Position numbers and translations under genes: made by a program. Under the pieces are notes generated by a model, which was not told the origin of the DNA, did not search any database, and was given only the letters and a program-made list of their open reading frames with translations. A stretch of DNA of 64,000 nt from Thauera butanivorans NBRC 103042 (GTDB lineage: Bacteria; Pseudomonadota; Gammaproteobacteria; Burkholderiales; Rhodocyclaceae). The stretch lies in assembly GCF_001591165.1 (NCBI RefSeq), contig NZ_BCUG01000021.1, positions 1 to 64,000 on the forward strand, given 5' to 3'. Shown here in pieces: positions 1-11,700 of the stretch (the first letter of the stretch is position 1; the number at the start of each line of letters is the position of its first letter).

Positions 1-2
1 CC

Positions 3-35
3 AAAAAAAGAGGCATCCGCCAGCCGGCGGATGCC
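3..35 (-). terminator. Rho-independent terminator downstream of ppsA (GC hairpin ggcatccgcc/ggcggatgcc followed by T-run on minus strand)
   Basis: Perfect 10-bp stem with 4-nt loop at 12-35, A7 run at 3-9 on plus strand (= T-run after hairpin on minus strand), immediately after ppsA stop at 63. Confidence 0.6.
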
Positions 36-62
36 CCTCCATCAAACGAGCGGAATTACGAA

Positions 63-2429
<2,367 letters not shown>

Positions 2430-2557
2430 GGATGACCTTCCGCAAAAGAGAGATAGAAAGCAAAATTCGATTTTAACGTTTTATTGTGCTCTGCCGCACG
2501 ACAGGGTTTGCCCCAATGCCGACCCGGTCCCGCTCCGAGCAAATACAGGCAGCGATC

Positions 2558-3391
2558 ATGACTGACACCCCCATCCGCACCGTCTTCTTCGTCTCCGACG
2601 GCACCGGCATCACGGCCGAAACCCTTGGCCACAGCCTGCTTGCGCAGTTTCCGGAGGGCCGCTTCCGGCAAGTGCGCGCACCTTTCGTCGACGACATCGA
2701 CAAGGCCATCGACTGTGCAAGCCAGATCCGCGAAGCCGCGGCAAGCGACGGAGCACGTCCGATCGTGTTCAGCACGCTGGTGAACGAAGACACGGTCGCT
2801 GCACTGCACAACGCCGATGCGCTGTTTCTCGACCTGTTCGACCGCTTCATCGGCCCGCTCGAAACCGAGCTCGGCCAGCGCTCGACGCACGCGGTCGGGC
2901 GCTTCCATGGCATCGCCGACAGCATCGACTACAAACACCGCATCGAAGCGATCAACTTCGCCATGGCCCACGACGACGGCGTCTCGAACAACGGCGAACT
3001 GGAAGAAGCCGACGTCATCCTGGTCGGTGTCTCCCGCTCCGGCAAGACGCCGACCAGCCTCTATCTGGCCATGCAGTTCGGCGTCAAGGCCGCCAACTAC
3101 CCACTGATCCCCGAAGACTTCGAGCGCAACAAGCTGCCCGGCGAACTGCACAAGTACCGCCGCAAGCTCTTCGGCCTCACCATTGCCGCCGAACGCTTGT
3201 CGCAGATCCGCCAGGAACGCCGCCCCAACAGCCGCTATGCCTCGCTGGAAAACTGCCGCTACGAGATCGATGCCGCACAGAAGCTGATGCGCCGCGAGAA
3301 CATCCGCTGGCTCGACTCGACCACCAAGTCGATCGAAGAGATCTCGGCCACCATCCTGCAGACCGTGCATGTCGAACGCCCGGCGTTCTGA
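2558..3391 (+). CDS. ppsR: PEP synthase regulatory protein (bifunctional kinase/pyrophosphorylase, DUF299/PpsR)
   Basis: Start at ATG 2558 ([31 protein letters not shown]). P-loop [12 protein letters not shown]. Divergent from ppsA, which is the conserved ppsA/ppsR arrangement. Confidence 0.9.
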   Translation: MTDTPIRTVFFVSDGTGITAETLGHSLLAQFPEGRFRQVRAPFVDDIDKAIDCASQIREAAASDGARPIVFSTLVNEDTVAALHNADALFLDLFDRFIGPLETELGQRSTHAVGRFHGIADSIDYKHRIEAINFAMAHDDGVSNNGELEEADVILVGVSRSGKTPTSLYLAMQFGVKAANYPLIPEDFERNKLPGELHKYRRKLFGLTIAAERLSQIRQERRPNSRYASLENCRYEIDAAQKLMRRENIRWLDSTTKSIEEISATILQTVHVERPAF

Positions 3392-3506
3392 AGCGCTGCG
3401 TCGAGCCGCCGTCGGCGGCGGCGGCCTCCGCTTATTCGGTTAGAATGTGATCCTCTCGCCTGCAATCCGACACAGGCGTCACCGCAAGAAGCAACAGGAC
3501 TGCACA

Positions 3507-4676
3507 ATGAAAAGAACGCGCATCAAGCGCCGCGGCGGCCTCGGACGCATCGCTGAACAACTGACATGGCTCGCAAACGGCCTTGCCGAATCGAGCAGCC
3601 GCATCGAGGACAGCTACTGGGAGCAGCAGTTGAGTGCCGCGCTGGACGAGCACCTCGAAAACAACGAAGAAGAAGCACTCAACATCGCGCTGGACCACCT
3701 CTACAGCACCGAAGCACGCGCGTACGACGAACTGGCCGATTTCATCGAGTCGCGCGCCGAATGTGCCACCGGTGCTTTCGCCGACCATGACGTCGTGCTC
3801 ATCGCCGCACCCATCCTTGCCTGGTCGCGCTACCGCATCCCGGCAGTCGCCGTGCCGTCGGCCGTGCTCGCCAATCTGCGCGTCCATTTCCAGGCCCACG
3901 TCCTCGCCCAGGACGCCCGCCTCGCCGTCGCCAACTTCCTGTTCAGCCCCGACCAACTGCCCCAGGGCTATTGCGCCACGGCGGAATTCGCCAAGATGCT
4001 CGGCAATGCGGCGATGAACGATTCGGACCTTCGCATCGACACCGAAGGCATGCCGGACACCGCACAATTCCTGTCCGACACCCGCTACCTGCTCGCCGCC
4101 GCTGCCGTGCCCCGCGGCAAGCCGGTTTTCCGCTGGCAGGAAAGGGACGGCAGCCGCGACAGTGCGCGCGAACAATGGCGCATCCAGGGCGGCGCCTGTC
4201 TGGCGCCCCTGCTGCCGGGCTGTGCGGTCGACCTCGTGCTGCCCGAGCCCTATTTCGCCGCCAGCCGCGCTGCCGACAAGGACAGCCGCCCGTACTCCGT
4301 GCGCGCCTCGGTCGCCTACCTGGGAACGGCGCTCGAAGTCCCTGCCTCCAACCTGCGCGCCGTCATCGCGCCGTTCTGGGACCGTGAGCTCGAGGAATAC
4401 CGCATCGGCTTCAGCGTGCGCGGCGGTGAGCAGGTCGTGCATGGCGTGGTCTGGCCCCTGCTCGGCGCCGAAGACGACAGCACCGACATTCCCGGCCAGA
4501 TCGAAGCGGTGCTGCGCGAATGCGGCCTCACCGACGTCATCCACCTCGACCACCAGTTCCCGCTCGAATACTGCGACGACTGCGGAGCGCCGATGTACCC
4601 CTCCGCCGAAGGCGAAACCGTGCATGCCGAAATGCCGGAAGAGCAGATGGAACAAATGCCCCGCCATCTGCACTAA
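3507..4676 (+). CDS. Conserved hypothetical protein (about 390 aa) with C-terminal CxxC zinc-ribbon-like motif
   Basis: Start MKRTRIKRRGG at 3507. Regular codon usage. C-terminus CDDCGAPMYPSAEGE. No family recognised from sequence alone. Confidence 0.6.
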   Translation: MKRTRIKRRGGLGRIAEQLTWLANGLAESSSRIEDSYWEQQLSAALDEHLENNEEEALNIALDHLYSTEARAYDELADFIESRAECATGAFADHDVVLIAAPILAWSRYRIPAVAVPSAVLANLRVHFQAHVLAQDARLAVANFLFSPDQLPQGYCATAEFAKMLGNAAMNDSDLRIDTEGMPDTAQFLSDTRYLLAAAAVPRGKPVFRWQERDGSRDSAREQWRIQGGACLAPLLPGCAVDLVLPEPYFAASRAADKDSRPYSVRASVAYLGTALEVPASNLRAVIAPFWDRELEEYRIGFSVRGGEQVVHGVVWPLLGAEDDSTDIPGQIEAVLRECGLTDVIHLDHQFPLEYCDDCGAPMYPSAEGETVHAEMPEEQMEQMPRHLH

Positions 4677-4710
4677 TCGCTGTTGCAGCCACTGACGGAG
4701 ATCGGAAAGC

Positions 4711-5124
4711 ATGAGCAAGATCGACAAGAGCGACGCCGAATGGCGCGCCCAGCTTACCGACGAGCAGTATCGGGTGACGCGCCGCAAGGGTACCGAGCGC
4801 GCGTTCACCGGGCAGTACTGGGATACCTGGGACAAGGGCGCCTACAACTGCGTGTGCTGCGGCGCCCCGCTGTTCCGCTCGGAGCACAAGTTCGACGCAG
4901 GCTGCGGCTGGCCCAGCTTCTGGACCGCGGCCGAACCCGACAACGTCGCCACCGCGGCTGATCACAGCCACTACATGGTGCGCACCGAAGTGCTCTGCAG
5001 CCAGTGCGGCGCCCATCTCGGGCACGTGTTCGACGACGGCCCGCAGCCGACCGGGCTGCGCTACTGCATCAACTCAGCGTCGATCGAGCTGGAAGAAGAC
5101 ACGGACAAACCCTCTCCGCCGTAA
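4711..5124 (+). CDS. msrB: Peptide methionine-(R)-S-oxide reductase MsrB
   Basis: 137 aa. Motifs [37 protein letters not shown] are diagnostic SelR/MsrB features. Confidence 0.95.
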   Translation: MSKIDKSDAEWRAQLTDEQYRVTRRKGTERAFTGQYWDTWDKGAYNCVCCGAPLFRSEHKFDAGCGWPSFWTAAEPDNVATAADHSHYMVRTEVLCSQCGAHLGHVFDDGPQPTGLRYCINSASIELEEDTDKPSPP

Positions 5125-5143
5125 TCCGGCAGTTGGGTAGTCA

Positions 5144-5181
5144 GAAAAAAACCGCGCTGCCCTGAGGCAAGCGCGGTTTTT
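5144..5181. terminator. Bidirectional rho-independent terminator between convergent msrB and thiolase genes
   Basis: aaaaaaaccgcgctgccctgaggcaagcgcggttttt: stem ccgcgct/agcgcgg flanked by an A-run and a T-run. Confidence 0.65.
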
Positions 5182-5199
5182 CATGGGTGGAAGCAGCGT

Positions 5200-6381
5200 T
5201 TACACGCGTTCCCACACCGTGGTGATGCCTTGGCCGCCGCCGATGCACATCGTGGCCACGCCATAACGGCCATTGGTGCGGATCAGCTCGTGCAGCAGCT
5301 TGGTGATGATCACCGAGCCGGTCGCGCCCACCGGGTGGCCCAGCGAAATGGCGCCGCCGTTCGGGTTGACCTTGGCCGGATCCAGGCCCAGACCACGGTT
5401 GACCGTGATCGACTGCGCCGCGAAGGCTTCATTGGATTCGATCACGTCGATCTGGTCCAGCGTCAGGCCGGCGCGCTGCAGCGCGAGCTTGGTGGCGGGG
5501 ATCGGGCCTTCGCCCATCACTTCGTTCGGCACACCGGCGATGGCGTAGGACACCAGGCGGGCGATCGGCTTGTGGCCGGCGGATGCCGCCTTGGCAGCGT
5601 CGGCCAGCAGCAGGAAAGCAGCAGCGTCGTTGATGCCCGACGCGTTGCCGGCCGTCACCGAACCGTCCTTCTTGAAAGCCGGCTTCATCTTGGCCAGCGC
5701 TTCCATGGTGGTCATGCGCGGATGCTCGTCGGTATCGAACACCACGGTGCCCTTGCGGGTTTCGAAGGTGATCGGCACGATCTGGCTCTTGAAACGGCCT
5801 TCGGCGATGGCTGCGGCAGCACGCTTCTGCGATTCCAGCGCAAAGGCATCCTGCTCTTCGCGGCTGATGCCGTGCTTGGAGCACAGGTTTTCGGCAGTGA
5901 TCCCCATGTGGCCGACACCGAAGGGGTCGGTCAGCACCGCGACCATCGAGTCGATCGCCTTGGTATCGCCCATGCGCGCACCGCTGCGCAGCGCCGGCAG
6001 CAGGTAGGCGCCGCGCGACATCACTTCGACACCGCCACCGATGGCGTAATCGGCATCACCCAGCATGATCGCCTGGGCCGAGCTGACGATCGCCTGCTGG
6101 GCCGAGCCACACAGGCGGCTCACCTGGAACGCGACCGAATCCATCGACATGCCGGCGTTGATGGTGGCGACGCGCGACACATAGGCATAGCGGGCATCGG
6201 TCGGAATGACATGGCCGACGGAAGCGAACGAAACCGCCTTCGGGTCCACACCGGCACGCGCGATCGCTTCCTTGATCACCACTGCGCCGAGATCGGACGG
6301 CTCCATGTCCTTCAGCGAGCCACCAAAACCACCGACAGCGGAACGAACAGCGCTCAGAACAACGACTTCACGATTTGCCAT
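5200..6381 (-). CDS. Acetyl-CoA C-acetyltransferase (beta-ketothiolase, PhaA-like)
   Basis: Start MANREVVVLSAVRSAVGGFGGSL at ATG 6381, preceded by GGAG. The track's first M is a GTG 6 nt upstream. Thiolase motifs include the active-site Cys region RLCGSAQQA and C-terminal GLATMCIGGGQGIT. Confidence 0.9.
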   Translation of the reverse strand: MANREVVVLSAVRSAVGGFGGSLKDMEPSDLGAVVIKEAIARAGVDPKAVSFASVGHVIPTDARYAYVSRVATINAGMSMDSVAFQVSRLCGSAQQAIVSSAQAIMLGDADYAIGGGVEVMSRGAYLLPALRSGARMGDTKAIDSMVAVLTDPFGVGHMGITAENLCSKHGISREEQDAFALESQKRAAAAIAEGRFKSQIVPITFETRKGTVVFDTDEHPRMTTMEALAKMKPAFKKDGSVTAGNASGINDAAAFLLLADAAKAASAGHKPIARLVSYAIAGVPNEVMGEGPIPATKLALQRAGLTLDQIDVIESNEAFAAQSITVNRGLGLDPAKVNPNGGAISLGHPVGATGSVIITKLLHELIRTNGRYGVATMCIGGGQGITTVWERV

Positions 6382-6409
6382 GCACACTCCCTCCTATTGG
6401 GTACGAAAA

Positions 6410-7336
6410 TCATCCGCCCACCCAGCCGGCCAGGCCAACCAGGACAAGCAGAAACAAGCATACCAGCAGTGCCCGCCAGATCAGGCCTACGGTACTTTGC
6501 ATGTAATCGGCGCTCGCCTCGTCGCCCAGCCCCAGTTCGGGCCGATCGACGATGCCGCCGGACTCATGGACAGGCATGCCGAGCCTGACGCCCAGCGCAC
6601 CCGCAGCACTTGCAAGCAGTATAGCCGACGACTTGTCCGGCCACAGCACCGCCTGAGTGCGCCAGCAATAGACGGCGCCCTCGAAATCGCCCACGACCGA
6701 AAACGATGCCGCCGTCAGCCGCGCCGGCAGCCAGTCGATCAGCTCGAATCCGCGCCGTGCGAACCGGCTGGAATCATCGGACTCCGCTTGCGCGCCGCGC
6801 CCCCATTCGTCGGCAAAGAACCTCGCCAGCCTGTACATCACCGCGCCGCTCGGCCCCGGCAGGATCACGAACCAGAAAGCGACGCCGAACAAGCTGCGAT
6901 GCGCGCCCACCAGCGCCTGCTCGATGGCGAGCCGAGCCAGCTCGCTGGCATCCGCCCCGCCGCAGTCGCGCCCCCGCCAGTCAGCCAGCAAGGCCCGCGC
7001 ACGATCGAGCTCACCCATGCGCAAGGCCAGATGGATCTCGGAAAAGAAACGGTTCTCCCGGCGGAAACCCATCGCCATGAATAATACCGCGACATTGAAC
7101 GCGAACGCGAACACCGGATGCAGTTCCCACAGCAGATAGTGCAGCACCGCCGTCAGCAGCGTCCCCAGCACCACGACACTCAGCCAGACCAGGCGGCCAT
7201 GCCCGCCCTGGCCGCCGCCGAAACGCGCGAACAGATTCCCGGACAGGGAACGCAAGGGCTGGAGTACCCAGCGATCTACTGACAGCGGACGAATCTGCTC
7301 GATGAGCAGCGCAATGATCAGGACGAAAAGAGTCAT
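6410..7336 (-). CDS. CobD/CbiB-family inner membrane protein (AmpE-like)
   Basis: 308 aa polytopic membrane protein. N-terminus MTLFVLIIALLIEQIRPL resembles AmpE/CobD N-termini. Family assigned by similarity pattern only. Confidence 0.55.
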   Translation of the reverse strand: MTLFVLIIALLIEQIRPLSVDRWVLQPLRSLSGNLFARFGGGQGGHGRLVWLSVVVLGTLLTAVLHYLLWELHPVFAFAFNVAVLFMAMGFRRENRFFSEIHLALRMGELDRARALLADWRGRDCGGADASELARLAIEQALVGAHRSLFGVAFWFVILPGPSGAVMYRLARFFADEWGRGAQAESDDSSRFARRGFELIDWLPARLTAASFSVVGDFEGAVYCWRTQAVLWPDKSSAILLASAAGALGVRLGMPVHESGGIVDRPELGLGDEASADYMQSTVGLIWRALLVCLFLLVLVGLAGWVGG

Positions 7337-7432
7337 GCCGGACTACTGTGGAAACGCAATCAGGATATCGCCAAGATACCACAGGGCCCGGAACCGCCGC
7401 GATGGCACCTTCACCGGCACCTCACTGCCGGC

Positions 7433-8065
7433 TCAGACTCGGCCGCCCTGCCCGGACAGCAGGCGGTACAGGGACATGATGATTCCCGCCGTCGCGCCCC
7501 AGATGTAGTAATCCTTGTAGGGCATGGCGTGGAACTGGCGCTCCCGCCCTTCGTGCATCAAGCTGTGGCGCAGATGATTGGCCGGGTCGAGAAAATGCGC
7601 CAGCGGCACTTCGAAAGCCTCGGCCACCTCGAAGGTATCCAACTGCAGTTCGAAGGGCGGGTGCACCACCCCCACCACCGGCGTCACGCGGAAACCCGTG
7701 CCGGTATAGTAATCGGGCAAGGCGCCGAGCAGCTCGACATGGCTGCGGTCCAGGCCGATCTCCTCTTCCGTTTCGCGCAGCGCCGTCTCGACCGGCGAAG
7801 CATCCTGTGCTTCGACCCGCCCGCCCGGAAAGCTGATCTGGCCTGGATGGTGATGGAGGTGGTCGGTGCGCTTGGTGAGGAGCAGCGCGGGCGCGAACTG
7901 CCCGGCAACCACCGGGACCAGTACCGCCGCGGGGCGATGACGATTGTCTTCCATCGTCTCGGGCCAATCCCCGCCCGGCTGCCCCGGCGCCTGCTGCAGG
8001 ATCGTACGCAGGCGATCCAGTGGCTCGGACCAGATTTCGGGCGCCACGTGTTGCCCCAGACTCAC
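7433..8065 (-). CDS. NUDIX hydrolase, CoA pyrophosphatase type (NudL-like)
   Basis: PAAVLVPVV...LLLTKR...GQISFPGGRVE...ETALRETEEEIGL is a Nudix box plus the CoA-pyrophosphatase N-motif. Confidence 0.8.
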   Translation of the reverse strand: MSLGQHVAPEIWSEPLDRLRTILQQAPGQPGGDWPETMEDNRHRPAAVLVPVVAGQFAPALLLTKRTDHLHHHPGQISFPGGRVEAQDASPVETALRETEEEIGLDRSHVELLGALPDYYTGTGFRVTPVVGVVHPPFELQLDTFEVAEAFEVPLAHFLDPANHLRHSLMHEGRERQFHAMPYKDYYIWGATAGIIMSLYRLLSGQGGRV

Positions 8066-8081
8066 CTCATCCTCCCATCGA

Positions 8082-8741
8082 TCAATAACGCCGTTCCAGT
8101 ATCAGGCGGTTCCCTTCCCGGCTCATCTGCATGCGGTTCAGGAAGCTCATGCCCAGCAGTACCACCGGCATGTCGCCCTCGTGGATGGCCGCATCCACGC
8201 CCGCCAGTTCGATTCCACCGAGACGCACCGAATTCAGCCTGACGATCCATATCGGCGCCACGCCATTGGCCGTCTGGCTGTACGCCTGCCGCCCCTGGCG
8301 GAAATCGATCCCCGCCCGCCTGGCATCCGCCGCCCCCATGGACACCGCGGTCGCGCCAGTATCGACCAAAAACCGCATCGACGCACCATTGACGCTGCCC
8401 TGCGCAACGAAATGCCCCTGGCTGTCGCCTTCGATCATCACCCGCACAGGCGCAGCAACAGAATCCACGCTAACCGCATGCTCTCCAAGCCGCAGTGCCT
8501 GCCGCCTGCCGTTGACCTCCACCGTCGCCACCTCGCCTTGCACGGCAAGCAGTTTCACGCCTTCCCGCGTGCTGGCACCAATGGCGAGTGTCTGGGGAGT
8601 GCCGCCATCGACGACTATCACGGCACGCGTTGCAAACAGCCCTGCAAGCGCCAGATCCAGCGCAAAAGCGGACGACGACATCATCAACAGCCCTCCTCCA
8701 CCAGCCAGCGCTACTGCAACGGCTCGACGCAGCGTGGCCAT
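8082..8741 (-). CDS. Retropepsin-like aspartic protease (clan AA, TIGR02281-like) with signal peptide
   Basis: Start MATLRRAVAVALAGG at 8741. FLVDTGATAVSM catalytic DTGA motif. 23 nt downstream of the pilY1 stop on the same strand. Confidence 0.75.
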   Translation of the reverse strand: MATLRRAVAVALAGGGGLLMMSSSAFALDLALAGLFATRAVIVVDGGTPQTLAIGASTREGVKLLAVQGEVATVEVNGRRQALRLGEHAVSVDSVAAPVRVMIEGDSQGHFVAQGSVNGASMRFLVDTGATAVSMGAADARRAGIDFRQGRQAYSQTANGVAPIWIVRLNSVRLGGIELAGVDAAIHEGDMPVVLLGMSFLNRMQMSREGNRLILERRY

Positions 8742-8764
8742 GCCCTCCCACCGATGCTCGCCTA

Positions 8765-11700
8765 TCATTGCGGGACGTACTCTCGCCAGAATGCCCGACG
8801 CGCACGGAACCTACCCGAATCTTCAGAAAGAAAATCGAATCCGGGCACCGGCATGGGCGTCGGATTATCCGCCGTCACAACGGACACCACCAGCTCACCG
8901 TCAATTTCGACCACGTTAACACCTACAATTGGAGAATGGATACGGATCGAGTTGTCTGCTATGCCGGTCTTGTAATTGAATGCATTCATCCAGCTATAGC
9001 CACCCGGTTCGCACGCACTAACGGCAGGCACAGTGCTCGGAACCAGAAGAAGCCCTCGCACCAATTGCGGGTCAACGTGAGCTAGCTCTCCTGCGGTCGG
9101 GAGGTCGACATACCAACCTCTATCCGTGCTCAGATTGACAGCCGAAGGGGCCGTGGAGCTCCTTTCGGTTCCATCTTCCGATTCCGTGAGGATTTGCTCC
9201 ACCAGTACGGTACGTGGATTATCCAACGTACTTGTCACATCGTCGTCCTTGATCGCATACACACTCTGAGTTATGGCATTGTCAACGTTGACATCCGCAA
9301 ACTCTAGATACTTGCCGGTCGCCACGTACACCATGCGTACATGACCAATTTCACCCAGTTCCGGGGCTGTCGTGATCGGCTGGGGTTTTGTCCCCTCGTC
9401 GTCCGCGTACAGTTGTGCCAACCTCAGCGGATTTTCCGCCGAAGCACCATGATTGATATCAAAGCGCCAAACGTTACCCAGCAAATCCCCTCCATACGTG
9501 TAACCAGCGGTGTTGTCATGGTTCAAATCATCGGCCCAGGCCTTGATCTTTGCCAGGCCGCTGGCAGCCCCCGCACTGCCCACCCCTGTGCCGATTATTC
9601 TAATAACCGCGCCTGTAGCAGCATTGAGGACGAACAATTTTCCTTCGCCAGAGTTATTGTAGCCTGAAGCAAAAATCACCACCCAGGTACCATTCTCCAG
9701 CTTCGTCACAACTGGGTTGCCGAATGAATAGCCGAGATCATTGTGAGTAAACTCCCACATCAGCGACGGCGACGCTGGATCAGTAACATCCAGGGCAAAA
9801 TATCCCTTTCCCCCGCCATTGAGGCCGCTGATGAGAATCGACCTCCAAACCGCAGATGCTTCAATATCGCAATTGGCAGAGCAAATATCGTAAACCACGG
9901 GTGATGCATTAACAAAATAGCGGTGCCTCGTGGCATAGTTTTTGTCCGCAAGGCGCCACATGTTCTGCATCACCATGCTGGGAACATACGCCCAGCGTTC
10001 AGTCAGGTCGGCAGCATCGAAGGCATGCAGCATGCCGTCGTTACCACCCACGTAGACCGTTCCGGCACGATCGGCAAGAGAGGTTTTGAATTCTGCATAA
10101 CCCTTGTCGTGATAGTTGAAATAAGGTTTGGCAATATAGAACGGAGCAGATTCAATGAGATCGCCCAGCACCGTCTCCCGCTCCCGGAAAATACTACCCT
10201 CATATGCTGTTTGCCCCCGAAGGTAGTTGACCAGGTTAGCATCTACCGCATTCGCTTTCTGCTCCGTGCTCAACAAAGACCACTGGCCCAAGCCGCTGAC
10301 GACCGAAGTGCCGAAATACGCCTGCTGCGTCGCGGTCATATTGTCATAATCAAAACTGACCAGAGAACCAGACGAGCCCTTCATGTAAATGTTCCGGCTG
10401 TCAGATGTCGCGGACACCATGCTTCTCATCGTACCGGTACATTGCAAAGAATTATCGACAGCGAACACATTCTCGGCGCAGGCCACTGCAATCGTACTGG
10501 CTGCCCCCGTATTCAAATCAATTTCACGTTTCTCCAGATTGCCCGTCCATTTCACCGAGACGTAGCTCGCGACGTAAAAATAGTTGTCGCCTTCAACAGG
10601 ATTGAGCGTACTGGCAGCAGCAGCCGCGCCAGCCCCTGTTTTTGCCTGGATCTCCTGCAGCGCACCCGCCAATCCATCCGACAATTGCTGTGGGTCACCG
10701 GCACTAAAATAAGTTCCACGCCCATTGACCGCCGCATGCCAGAGGTCATCAATACCTGTCGGATGATTGTTCGATGGTACCGGCCAATTTTTTAACCCTG
10801 TCCGGATATCATGAAAATCGCCGGAGGGCGCCGTTTTGTAATCAGGCTGATAATTCAGTGTCCCGTTCACACCAAGGCCAAGGGTAAAAGTGGTCATGTG
10901 CTGCTTCGAGTTATTATCCGAAGCACTGGTGAACACATTATTCTGGCAGACCTCGAGCCCTTTTGAGCCTGTACAGTTATCCAATGCGGGTGTACGGAGA
11001 TCAGTGTCGTAGTAATATTTCGCAACATCGGCGAGGCTGCTGGCACTCGCACTGGGGCCTTCATACATCGGCCTCGCGGTACCGCTTCCATCCTGGTTGC
11101 TCATTGGCGTTCCGTCTATTTTCTTGATGTCCGGGTTCTCGCCGATGGTTGTCTTGCTCTCATTCCAGTACCCATCCGTGGTCAACAATGCAAAATTCTG
11201 CTGACACGAATATTGCATTGGATCATCCCGCAATTTTCCGGCAAAAATTCGCCCGACATCGGCAAGCGTGGGGCGCAAGGGAGTGGTACCACTCGCATTG
11301 ACATTGAACAATTTCGTATACCAGGCACTCTTGTGTCCAGACGCTCCGCCAGAGAAATCATTCACTTTCAGATAATGTGTACCTGGGCTATTAATGCTGT
11401 AAAAACCAACACGATAATTATCGTTGATCGAGACGAACGCCCGGCTGACCGAAGTTTTCATGACCTGCATCCGCGTCCGATACCATGCGAACCAGTTCTG
11501 GAAATTTTTCAGTTCTTCGGCATAAGTGCAGACCGGAGCCGCTTCGCAGTCGGTTCGGCCGCTGCGATCGACCACCACCGTGCCATTGGAATCAGTGATG
11601 TTTCCGTAATCACGCCCTGAAACGATATCGATACGCATGAACCTGCCCGGCAGGTAGGCCATCGAACGTGCCACCAAACCACCCGTGAAGGCCGAAGACA

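Noticed and set aside
3432-4835. 467-aa minus-strand ORF overlapping the hypothetical gene and msrB start
   Set aside because: It is a GC-rich antisense artefact and it crosses the bona fide msrB start. It has no motifs.
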